A stretch of DNA of 55,575 nt from Actinomycetota bacterium (lineage in GTDB: Bacteria > Actinomycetota > Acidimicrobiia > Acidimicrobiales > CADCSY01): assembly GCA_016781105.1 (NCBI GenBank), contig JADDRA010000109.1, positions 1-55,575 of the forward strand, in the 5' to 3' direction. Positions 17,709 through 26,069 of this stretch are shown here, in pieces; the stretch's first letter is position 1, and each line of letters begins with the position of its first letter. Both the position numbers and the translations under genes were made by a program. The notes beneath the pieces are model-generated. The model worked only from the letters and a program-made list of their open reading frames with translations. It had not been told where the DNA came from and did no database searches.

Positions 17709-19271
17709 GTGGTGGGCATGACGGCGCTGCCCTGGTCGCCCCTGTCGTGGCGCGAGCTGGTGGCTGCCCAGCAGCCCGAGTGGCCCGACGTGGCCGCCCT
17801 CGAGCTCGTGCTCAAGCAGCTCTCCACCTATCCCCCGCTGGTGTTCGCCGGCGAGGCACGGGCCCTGACCGCCAGCCTGGCCGCGGTGGCCGACGGAAAG
17901 GCCTTCCTCCTCCAGGCCGGCGACTGCGCCGAGTCCTTCGAGGCCTTCTCGGCCGACGTCATCCGCGACAAGCTGCGGCTCATCCTGCAGATGGCCGTCG
18001 TCCTCACCTACAGCTCCGGGGTGCCGGTGGTCAAGGTGGGCCGCATCGCCGGCCAGTTCGCCAAGCCCCGCAGCTCCGCGACCGAGCGGGTGGGCGAGCT
18101 CGACCTGCCCTCGTTCCGGGGCCACATGGTCAACGACGTCGCCCCGACGGCCGAGGCCCGGGTGGCCGATCCCACCCGCCTGCTCACCGCCTACCACCAG
18201 GCCTCGGCCACCCTCAACCTCCTGCGGGCCTTCACCAAGGGGGGCTTCGCCGACCTCAACCAGGTGCACGCCTGGAACCAGGAGTTCGTGGCGTCGAGCC
18301 GGGAGGGCCAGCGCTACGAGGTCATCGCCGACGGCATCGAGCGGGCCCTGCGCTTCATGGCCGCCTGCGGGATCGACCTGGCCGCCGAGCACCAGCTGCA
18401 CCAGGTCGACTTCTACACGAGCCACGAGGCCCTGCTCCTGGGCTACGAGGAGGCGCTGACCCGCCGGGACAGCCTCACCGGCGACTGGTACGACTGCTCG
18501 GCCCACCTGCTGTGGATCGGCGAGCGCACCCGGGACCTCGACGGTGCCCACGTGGGCTTCCTCTCCGGGGTGTCCAACCCCCTCGGCTGCAAGCTCGGAC
18601 CCCGCGCCACCCCCGAGGAGGTGCTCGGGCTGTGCCAGGCGCTCAACCCCGAGCGGGTGCCGGGCCGCCTGACCCTGGTCACCCGCATGGGCGCCGACGC
18701 GGTCGAGGAGTGCCTGCGCCCGCTGCTGGCCGCGGTCAAGGCCGCCGGGCACCCGGTGGTCTGGGCCTGTGACCCCATGCACGGCAACACCTTCACCTCC
18801 ACCCGCGGGCGCAAGACCCGCCACCTCGACCACGTCCTGGCCGAGATCACCGGGTTCTTCGCCGCCCACCGGGCCGAGGGGACCTGGCCGGGGGGCGTCC
18901 ACGTCGAGCTCACCGGCGAGAACGTGACCGAGTGCCTGGGCGGCGCCGAGGAGGTCCTCGACGCCCACCTCGACCAGCGCTACGAGACCATGTGCGACCC
19001 TCGCCTCAACGCCCGCCAGAGCCTCGACCTGGCCTTCCGCCTGGCCGAGCTGCTCGGGTTCTTCGCCGCCCACCGGGCCGAGGGGACCTGGCCGGGGGGC
19101 GTCCACGTCGAGCTCACCGGCGAGAACGTGACCGAGTGCCTGGGCGGCGCCGAGGAGGTCCTCGACGCCCACCTCGACCAGCGCTACGAGACCATGTGCG
19201 ACCCTCGCCTCAACGCCCGCCAGAGCCTCGACCTGGCCTTCCGCCTGGCCGAGCTGCTGCGGGCCGGCTGA
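17709..19271 (+). CDS. aroG: class II 3-deoxy-7-phosphoheptulonate (DAHP) synthase carrying an in-frame 68-codon C-terminal tandem duplication
   Basis: Class II hallmarks (GDCAESF, GRIAGQFAKPRS, WIGERTR, CDPMHGNT). It is 520 aa and would be 452 aa without the duplication. Residues 382-449 are repeated exactly as residues 450-517. Confidence 0.9.
   Translation: MVGMTALPWSPLSWRELVAAQQPEWPDVAALELVLKQLSTYPPLVFAGEARALTASLAAVADGKAFLLQAGDCAESFEAFSADVIRDKLRLILQMAVVLTYSSGVPVVKVGRIAGQFAKPRSSATERVGELDLPSFRGHMVNDVAPTAEARVADPTRLLTAYHQASATLNLLRAFTKGGFADLNQVHAWNQEFVASSREGQRYEVIADGIERALRFMAACGIDLAAEHQLHQVDFYTSHEALLLGYEEALTRRDSLTGDWYDCSAHLLWIGERTRDLDGAHVGFLSGVSNPLGCKLGPRATPEEVLGLCQALNPERVPGRLTLVTRMGADAVEECLRPLLAAVKAAGHPVVWACDPMHGNTFTSTRGRKTRHLDHVLAEITGFFAAHRAEGTWPGGVHVELTGENVTECLGGAEEVLDAHLDQRYETMCDPRLNARQSLDLAFRLAELLGFFAAHRAEGTWPGGVHVELTGENVTECLGGAEEVLDAHLDQRYETMCDPRLNARQSLDLAFRLAELLRAG
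18852..19259. repeat. perfect 204-bp direct tandem duplication (2 copies) inside the DAHP synthase gene
   Basis: 18852-19055 is identical base for base to 19056-19258/9. The copies diverge only after gagctgct. Confidence 0.95.
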
Positions 19272-19413
19272 CACCCGCCCCCCTCCGTCGTCGTGATCGG
19301 TTCCGCTCGCCTCCCCGGGCTTTGTGGGCACTTCCGGCCCCAGGGGGGCCACACGTGACCAGAACGCCACGGTGGCGCAGGCAACGCCTCGCAGGGGACA
19401 GGGAGGCGCCAGC

Positions 19414-21210
19414 GTGACCAGCCCCACCTCCACCCCCCTGGAGGACTACGCCCTGCTGGGTGACACCGAGTCGGCGGCGCTGGTCTCCGCCCACGGCTCG
19501 ATCGACTGGCTGTGCTTCCCCCGCTTCGACTCCCCCGCCTGCTTCGCCGCCCTGCTGGGCACCTCCGACCACGGGCGCTGGCTGCTGGCCCCGTCCGACG
19601 GGCGCCGCTGCGCCCGCCGGGCCTACCGCGAGGGCGGCCTGGTGCTCGAGACCCGCTTCGAGACGGCGACCGGGGCGGTCACCGTGATCGACTGCATGCC
19701 GCCCCGGGACGGGAGCCCCGACGTGGTGCGGGTGGTCCGGGGCGAGGCCGGCCGGGTGGAGATGCGCATGGAGCTGGTCGTGCGTTTCGACTACGGCCAC
19801 ATCGTCCCCTGGGTTCGCCGGATCGACGGACGCACCGTGGCCGTGGGCGGCCCCGACGCCCTGTGCCTGACCACCCCCGTCAGCGTTCACGGCGAGGACC
19901 TGCGCACGGTGGCCACCTTCAGCGTGGCCGAGGGTGAGCAGGTCCCCTTCGACCTCACCTGGTTCCGCTCCCACGAGCCCGTCCCCGCCGCGATCGAGCC
20001 GCTCGCCGCCGTCGACCGCGCCGACCGGTGGTGGCGGGCGTGGGCGGCCCAGCTCGCCTACCAGGGCGAGTGGCACGAGGCCGTCCAGCGCTCGCTGTGC
20101 GTGCTCAAGGCGCTGACCTACGCCCCCACCGGGGCGGTGGTGGCCGCCCCCACCACGTCGCTGCCGGAGGACCTCGGCGGCGAGCGCAACTGGGACTACC
20201 GCTTCTCGTGGCTGCGCGACGCCACCTTCACCCTCGACGCCCTGTTGGCCTCGGGCTTCACCGAGGAGGCCATGGCCTGGCGGGACTGGCTGCTGCGCTC
20301 GGTGGCGGGCGACCCGGCCGACCTGCAGATCATGTACGGGGTGGCCGGTGAGCGGCGCCTGCCCGAGCTCACCCTCGACTGGCTGCCCGGCTACGAGGAG
20401 TCGGCGCCGGTGCGCGTCGGCAATGGCGCCTGGAGCCAGTTCCAGCTCGACGTCTACGGCGAGGTGCTCGACTCCCTGCACCAGGCCCGCCGGGCCGGCA
20501 TCGAGTCCGACGACACCGCCTGGGCCCTGCAGCGGGCCCTGCTCGACAACCTCGAGCAGGTGTGGGACGAGCCCGACGAGGGCCTGTGGGAAGTGCGCTC
20601 CGGACGCCAGCACTTCACCCACTCCAAGGTCATGGCCTGGGTCGCCCTCGACCGGGTGGTCAGCGCCGTCGAGCGCTACGGCCTGGACGGTCCCCTGGAG
20701 CGCTGGCGGGCGCTGCGCGACCGCATCCACGCCGAGGTGTGCACCAAGGGCTACGACGCCGAGCGCAACACCTTCGTCCAGCACTACGGCGGCCGGGGGC
20801 TCGACGCCAGCCTGCTGATGTTGCCCCTGGTCAGCTTCCTGCCCGCCGACGACCCCCGCATCGTCGGCACGGTGGAGGCCATCGAGGCCGAGTTGGTGGT
20901 CGACGGCTTCGTGCACCGCTACGACCTCGGCCACACCGACGACGGGTTGGCCGGCCGCGAGGCCTCGTTCCTCATGTGCAGCTTCTGGCTGGCCGACTGC
21001 CTGCAGCTGATCGGGCGCCGGGCCGACGCCCGGGCGCTGTGGGAGCGCCTGCTCGACGTGCGCAACGACCTGGGCCTGCTGGCCGAGGAGTACGACGTGG
21101 GCGCTGGTCGCATGATCGGCAACTTCCCCCAGGCCTTCAGCCACGTCGCCCTGGTCAACACCGCCGGAACCCTCTCGCCGGTCCACCCCGCCCGGGAGCG
21201 CTGCGGCTGA
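19414..21210 (+). CDS. glycoside hydrolase family 15 protein (glucoamylase/trehalase-like)
   Basis: LEDYALLGDTESAALVSAHGSIDWLCFPRFDSP...ERNWDYRFSWLRDA...CSFWLADCL is the typical GH15 pattern. GTG 19414 is preceded by GGGAGG. The upstream ATG 19324 is also possible. Confidence 0.85.
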   Translation: MTSPTSTPLEDYALLGDTESAALVSAHGSIDWLCFPRFDSPACFAALLGTSDHGRWLLAPSDGRRCARRAYREGGLVLETRFETATGAVTVIDCMPPRDGSPDVVRVVRGEAGRVEMRMELVVRFDYGHIVPWVRRIDGRTVAVGGPDALCLTTPVSVHGEDLRTVATFSVAEGEQVPFDLTWFRSHEPVPAAIEPLAAVDRADRWWRAWAAQLAYQGEWHEAVQRSLCVLKALTYAPTGAVVAAPTTSLPEDLGGERNWDYRFSWLRDATFTLDALLASGFTEEAMAWRDWLLRSVAGDPADLQIMYGVAGERRLPELTLDWLPGYEESAPVRVGNGAWSQFQLDVYGEVLDSLHQARRAGIESDDTAWALQRALLDNLEQVWDEPDEGLWEVRSGRQHFTHSKVMAWVALDRVVSAVERYGLDGPLERWRALRDRIHAEVCTKGYDAERNTFVQHYGGRGLDASLLMLPLVSFLPADDPRIVGTVEAIEAELVVDGFVHRYDLGHTDDGLAGREASFLMCSFWLADCLQLIGRRADARALWERLLDVRNDLGLLAEEYDVGAGRMIGNFPQAFSHVALVNTAGTLSPVHPARERCG

Positions 21211-21261
21211 ACCAGGCTCCCCGCTCCCGGCCGTCCTGGCCCCGACGCCGGCCGCTCCCGC

Positions 21262-21963
21262 TCAGCCGATCGACGGAGGGTCGGGGCTGCGCTCGCCTTC
21301 GTCCATGGCTTCGAGGTGGGCGACGTCGTTGTAGCGGCGCAGCGCCCAGTGCAGGGGCTTGGCCTTGTCCACCTCGACCAGCCACTCGGTGACGCCCGAG
21401 TTGGTGGTGCGCAGGTCGAGGTCGGCGGAGCGCTGGAGGGGCAGGCCGAGGAAGCACACCAGGGAGCCGTCGACCACCCCGCCGTGGCAGGCCACCACCA
21501 CCGTCTGGCCGGCGTGGTCGACGGCGATGCGATGCAGGGCCCGGCCCACCCTCAGGAGGAACCCGGCCACGCTCTCACCTCCGGGGGAGAGCTCGGCATA
21601 GGGGTCGGCCTTCATGTCCACGCCGTAGCGGGCCTGGTAGTCGTCCCAGGACAGGCCGTCGCACTCACCCGGCTCCAGCTCCACCAGCTCGGCGTCCTGG
21701 GCCACGGCCAGGCCGCCCAGGGCGGGGGCCAGGAGCTCGGCCGTCTCCACCGCCCGGGGCAGGGTGGAGGCGAGGAGCCGGTCGACGGCCAGGCCGGCCG
21801 CTCGCCAGCGATCGGCCAGGGCCCGCACCTGGCGCCGGCCCAGGTCCGACAGCCCGGTGCAGCCGGTGGGCCCCCCCACCACCCGGTCGACCTGGGCCTG
21901 GGACTCGCCGTGGCGCACCAGCAACAGGCGGGTGCTGGTAGCGGTCGGGGACGGTCCGCTCAC
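21262..21963 (-). CDS. histidine phosphatase (phosphoglycerate-mutase-like) family protein
   Basis: RLLLVRHGESQAQ catalytic RHG motif and the later CHGGVV. GTG 21963 forms a GTGA overlap with the upstream VWA gene stop. Confidence 0.8.
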   Translation of the reverse strand: MSGPSPTATSTRLLLVRHGESQAQVDRVVGGPTGCTGLSDLGRRQVRALADRWRAAGLAVDRLLASTLPRAVETAELLAPALGGLAVAQDAELVELEPGECDGLSWDDYQARYGVDMKADPYAELSPGGESVAGFLLRVGRALHRIAVDHAGQTVVVACHGGVVDGSLVCFLGLPLQRSADLDLRTTNSGVTEWLVEVDKAKPLHWALRRYNDVAHLEAMDEGERSPDPPSIG

Positions 21964-23372
21964 GCCAGGGCCTCCACGAAGCGGCCGAGCTGGCGGAGGT
22001 TGCGGCACTCGTGGACGCCCTCGCAGTGGGGGGCGTAGTCGCCCATGACCGAGTCCCCGCTGCCCCAGTACGCCCGGGGCTCGGGGTTGAGCCAGTGGAC
22101 GTGGCCGGCGCGCCGGGCCAGCTCGGCCAGCACCCAGGGCCGGGAGGGGTGGTAGTTGGCGCGGGCGTCACCGAGCACCACCACGGTCGCCCGGGGACCG
22201 ACCTCCTGGCCGTAGCGCACCCAGAAGGCCTCGAGGGCAGCCCCGTAGTCGGAGTGACCCTCACCGGCCACGACGTCGGCCTCGACGGCGACCCGGCGCA
22301 GGGCCGTGTCGAGGTCGACGGCGCCGGCGAAGAACGGGGTGACCTCGTCGACCCCGTCGACGAACGCGAAGGAGCGCACGGCCGAGAACTGGTTGCTGAG
22401 GGCGTGGACCAGGGCCAGGGTGAAGCGGGCGAAGGCGGCCACCGAGCCCGAGACGTCGGCCACCACCCAGATCTCGGGCTTGGCCAGGTGGGGACGGCGG
22501 AAGCGGGGCTCGACGGGCACGCCCCCCGAGCCGAGCGAGTGGCGGACCGTGGCCCGCACGTCGAGGCGGCCCCGGCGCCGGTGGCGGCGGCGGCGGGCCA
22601 GGCGGGCGGCCAGGGCCCGGCCCAGGGGCGCAAGGCAGCGCCGCAGCTGGGCCAGCTCCTCGCGGCTGGCGTGCATGAGGTCCATGTCGGCCAGGAGGGG
22701 TCGCCGGAGGGCGCCAGCCACCGCTGCCGCTCCACGCTCGGCCACCAGGCGGCGGTGGATCTCGGCGTCGATCTCAACCCGCAGCCGCGCTCCCCGCTCG
22801 GCCAGCTCATCGGCGGCCAGGCGAACGGCCAGCGGGTCGGCGCCGCCGCCACCGGACCCCTCGGGGCCGGCGCCCAGGCTCAGGGCGCCGGACAGGCGGG
22901 CCAGGGCCGCGTCGAGGTCGAGGCCGCGCAGCGTCTGGTAACGCTCGTAGCTGCCGGCTCCCAGGCGTCGGTCCCGGCCCAGGCCGGCGTGGCGGTCGAC
23001 CGCCAGGCGGGCCACCGCGGCCAGCAGGGCCGGGTCGCCCGAGGCCAGGGCGGCGTCGAGGAGCCCGGCCAGGTCCTCGCTCCCGTCCGGATCCCCGGTG
23101 CCTCCTCCTGCGGCGTCCTCGCCGCTGCCGGACCCGGCCAGGAGCCCCACGTCGGCTCGACCGAGGGAGAACCACACGTCGAAGACGGTGGCGAAGGTCG
23201 ACCGGTGGGCCTCGTGCTTGACCAGCGTGGCGGCCAGGGCAGCCCGCACGGCACCCCGGTCGTCGAGGGGCACGTGGGCCAGGGCCTGGGCGGCGTCGAG
23301 GTGCTCCCCCACGCTCACGGGTAGGCCCGAGGAGCGGAGCTCGTCGACGAAGCCACCCAGCGCGGCCAGCAT
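21960..23372 (-). CDS. VWA-domain protein, CoxE-like
   Basis: C-terminal VWA with MIDAS DxSxS (VVADVSGSV) and an N-terminal helical CoxE-type region. ATGA overlap with the MoxR gene. Confidence 0.8.
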   Translation of the reverse strand: MLAALGGFVDELRSSGLPVSVGEHLDAAQALAHVPLDDRGAVRAALAATLVKHEAHRSTFATVFDVWFSLGRADVGLLAGSGSGEDAAGGGTGDPDGSEDLAGLLDAALASGDPALLAAVARLAVDRHAGLGRDRRLGAGSYERYQTLRGLDLDAALARLSGALSLGAGPEGSGGGGADPLAVRLAADELAERGARLRVEIDAEIHRRLVAERGAAAVAGALRRPLLADMDLMHASREELAQLRRCLAPLGRALAARLARRRRHRRRGRLDVRATVRHSLGSGGVPVEPRFRRPHLAKPEIWVVADVSGSVAAFARFTLALVHALSNQFSAVRSFAFVDGVDEVTPFFAGAVDLDTALRRVAVEADVVAGEGHSDYGAALEAFWVRYGQEVGPRATVVVLGDARANYHPSRPWVLAELARRAGHVHWLNPEPRAYWGSGDSVMGDYAPHCEGVHECRNLRQLGRFVEALA

Positions 23373-24349
23373 CAGCCGGTGCCGCTGGCCGCCAGCGAGG
23401 CGCTGGCCTTGGCCAGGTCGCCCCGGTGCTTGAGCAGCAGGGGCAGGGTGTCACACGCCCGTTCGAGGTCGACGTGGTCGATGCTGAGCAGCACCAGGGT
23501 GCGGGCCCAGTCAAGCGTCTCGGAGACCGACGGCGGCTTGTGCAGGTCGAGTGCCCGCAGGGAGCGCACCAGGCGCGCCACCTGCTCGGCCAGGTGCTCG
23601 GAGGCACCCGGCACCTTGGCCAGGACGATCGCCCGCTCCCGCTCCACGTCGGGGTAGTCGAGGGGCAGGTACAGGCAGCGTCGCTTGAGGGCCTCGGACA
23701 GCTCACGGGTGGCGTTGGAGGTGAGGAACACGAGGGGGACGCGAGCGGCCCTGACCGTCCCCAGCTCGGGGATCGACACCTGGTAGTCCGACAGAACCTC
23801 CAGCAGCAGGGCCTCGGTCTCGACCTCGAGGCGGTCGACCTCGTCCACCAGCAGGACCACGGCGTCGGGGGCCCGGATGGCCTCCAGGAGTGGACGGGGG
23901 AGCAGGAAGCGCTCGGAGAACAAGTCGTCCTCCACCTCGTCCCAGCCCCGGCCGCGGTGACCAGGACCGAAGGCTGCCTGCCCGGCCTGGATGTGCAGGA
24001 GCTGCTTGCGGTAGTCCCACTCGTAGAGGGCCCGGGACTCGTCGAGGCCCTCGTAGCACTGGAGGCGGATGAGCCGGGCGCCGGACATGGCCGCCACCGC
24101 CTTGGCCAGCTCCGTCTTGCCCGTGCCCGCCGGCCCCTCGACCAGGACCGGCTTGTGCAGGGCCTCGGCCAGGTACACCGCGGTGACGGTGGCCTCGTCG
24201 GCCAGGTAGCCGGCCCCGGCCAGGCCGGCCCGCACGGCGGCGATGTCGGCGCAGACCTCCCCCACCCCGGCGAGGGTACCGAGGTCGGTCGGCGACGGCC
24301 CCCGGATTCCCTCCGTTCTGGCAGCAGGAGCGGTCGAGAAGGCAACCAC
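23372..24349 (-). CDS. MoxR-family AAA+ ATPase (CoxD-like)
   Basis: Walker A GPAGTGKT, Walker B VLLVDEVDR, and LQCYEGLDESRALYEWDY typical of the CoxD/MoxR subgroup. GTG start at 24349. Confidence 0.85.
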   Translation of the reverse strand: MVAFSTAPAARTEGIRGPSPTDLGTLAGVGEVCADIAAVRAGLAGAGYLADEATVTAVYLAEALHKPVLVEGPAGTGKTELAKAVAAMSGARLIRLQCYEGLDESRALYEWDYRKQLLHIQAGQAAFGPGHRGRGWDEVEDDLFSERFLLPRPLLEAIRAPDAVVLLVDEVDRLEVETEALLLEVLSDYQVSIPELGTVRAARVPLVFLTSNATRELSEALKRRCLYLPLDYPDVERERAIVLAKVPGASEHLAEQVARLVRSLRALDLHKPPSVSETLDWARTLVLLSIDHVDLERACDTLPLLLKHRGDLAKASASLAASGTG

Positions 24350-24379
24350 GGACGCGGCCAGAAGCCAGGGCAGGCAGGG

Positions 24380-26035
24380 TCAGCGGCAGCCTCCGCCGAG
24401 GACGTCAGCGGCGTCGGTGATGTCGTAGCTGTAGCCTTGCTCGGCCAGGAAGCGCTGGCGGCGGGCGGCGAACTCGGCCTCGTTGGTGTCCCGGCTGACC
24501 ACGGCGTAGAAGTGGGCCTGGCGGCCGTCGGCCTTGGGGCGCAGGATCCGGCCCAGGCGCTGGGCCTCCTCCTGGCGGCTGCCGAAGGTGCCCGACACCT
24601 GCACGGCCACCGACGCGTCGGGCAGGTCGATCGAGAAGTTGGCCACCTTGGACACGACCAGGAGCGCCTCCTCACCGTCCCGGAAGGCGGCGTAGAGGCG
24701 CTCGCGCTCGCGCACGGGGGTCTTGCCCGTGAGCAGGGGGGCGCCCAGGCGCTCGGCCACCTCGGCCAGGTGCTCGACGTACATGCCGATGACGAGCGTG
24801 GGCTCGCCCCGGTGGCGCTCGACCAGGGCCTCTATGACGGCCAGCTTCGAGGCGGCCGTGGCCCCCACCCGGTGGCGCTCCTCGGGCTCGGCCAGGGCGT
24901 AGGCCATGCGCTCGCCCTCGGTGAGGCTCACCCGCACCTCGGTGCAGCGGGCCGGGGCGATCCAGCCCTGGGCCTCCATCTCGCGCCACGGGCTGTCGTA
25001 GCGCTTGGGGCCGATGAGGCTGAACACGTCGCCCTCCCGCCCGTCCTCGCGCACCAGGGTGGCAGTCAGGCCGAGGCGCCGGCGGCTCTGGATGTCGGCG
25101 GTCATGCGGAACACCGGGGCGGGCAGGAGGTGGACCTCGTCGTAGATGACCAGGCCCCAGTCCTCGGCGTCGAACACGCCGAAGTGCCGGTAGGACCCCT
25201 TGGTGCGGGAGATGAGGATCTGGTAGGTGGCGATGGTGACGGGTCGGATCTCCTTGCGCTCGCCGGAGTACTCGCCGACCTCGCCGTCCGTGAGGGAGGT
25301 GCGGGCCAGCAGCTCGGCCCGCCACTGGCGGGCCGAGACGGTGTTGGTCACCAGGATCAGGGTGCGGGCCGAGGCACGGGCGAGGGCTCCGGCGCCCACG
25401 AGGGTCTTGCCCGCCCCGCAGGGCAGGACCACCACGCCGGTGCCGGCGGCCAGGAACGTCTCGATGGCCTCGACCTGGTAGGGGCGCAGCCGGAAGCCGT
25501 CGCCGTCGTCGAGCGCCACCGGGTAGCTGGCCCCGTCGACGTAGCCGGCCCGGTCCTCGGCCGGCCAGCCCACCTTCAGCAGGGCCTGCTTGAGCCGTCC
25601 CCGCTCGCTTGCCGGCACGGCCAGGGTGTCGTCGTCGAGGCGGGGCCCGACGAGGGGGGCGACGTGCTTGGACCGCACCACCTCTTCGAGCACGGCCCGG
25701 TCGAGGGCCCGCAGCACCAGGCCGTGGCGCTCGTCGGTGTCGAGCACCAGGCGCCCGTGGCGGTCCATCGTCTCGGCGATGTCGATGAGCAGGGCTTGCG
25801 GAGGTGGGAAGCGGCTGTAGCGGATCAGGGCGTCGACGACGGCTTCGGCGTCGACCCCGGCCGCCCGGGCGTTCCACAGCCCGAGGGGGGTGACCCGGAA
25901 GGTGTGGATGTGCTCGGGCGAGCGCTCCAACTCGGCGAAGGGGGCGATGGCCTGCCGGCACTCGCCGGCCAGCGGGTGGTCGGTCTCCAACAAGAGGGTC
26001 TTGTCCGACTGGACGATGAGGGGACCCTCGCTCAC
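24380..26035 (-). CDS. xpb: XPB/ERCC3-type SF2 DNA helicase
   Basis: N-terminal GPLIVQSDKTLLLE damage-recognition-like domain, Walker A LPCGAGKT, DEVH box (VIYDEVHLL) and RED motif (LVREDGRE). 551 aa from GTG 26035. Confidence 0.9.
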   Translation of the reverse strand: MSEGPLIVQSDKTLLLETDHPLAGECRQAIAPFAELERSPEHIHTFRVTPLGLWNARAAGVDAEAVVDALIRYSRFPPPQALLIDIAETMDRHGRLVLDTDERHGLVLRALDRAVLEEVVRSKHVAPLVGPRLDDDTLAVPASERGRLKQALLKVGWPAEDRAGYVDGASYPVALDDGDGFRLRPYQVEAIETFLAAGTGVVVLPCGAGKTLVGAGALARASARTLILVTNTVSARQWRAELLARTSLTDGEVGEYSGERKEIRPVTIATYQILISRTKGSYRHFGVFDAEDWGLVIYDEVHLLPAPVFRMTADIQSRRRLGLTATLVREDGREGDVFSLIGPKRYDSPWREMEAQGWIAPARCTEVRVSLTEGERMAYALAEPEERHRVGATAASKLAVIEALVERHRGEPTLVIGMYVEHLAEVAERLGAPLLTGKTPVRERERLYAAFRDGEEALLVVSKVANFSIDLPDASVAVQVSGTFGSRQEEAQRLGRILRPKADGRQAHFYAVVSRDTNEAEFAARRQRFLAEQGYSYDITDAADVLGGGCR

Positions 26036-26069
26036 GGCTGCGCTCCTGGCCGGGGATCGTGCACGGACG

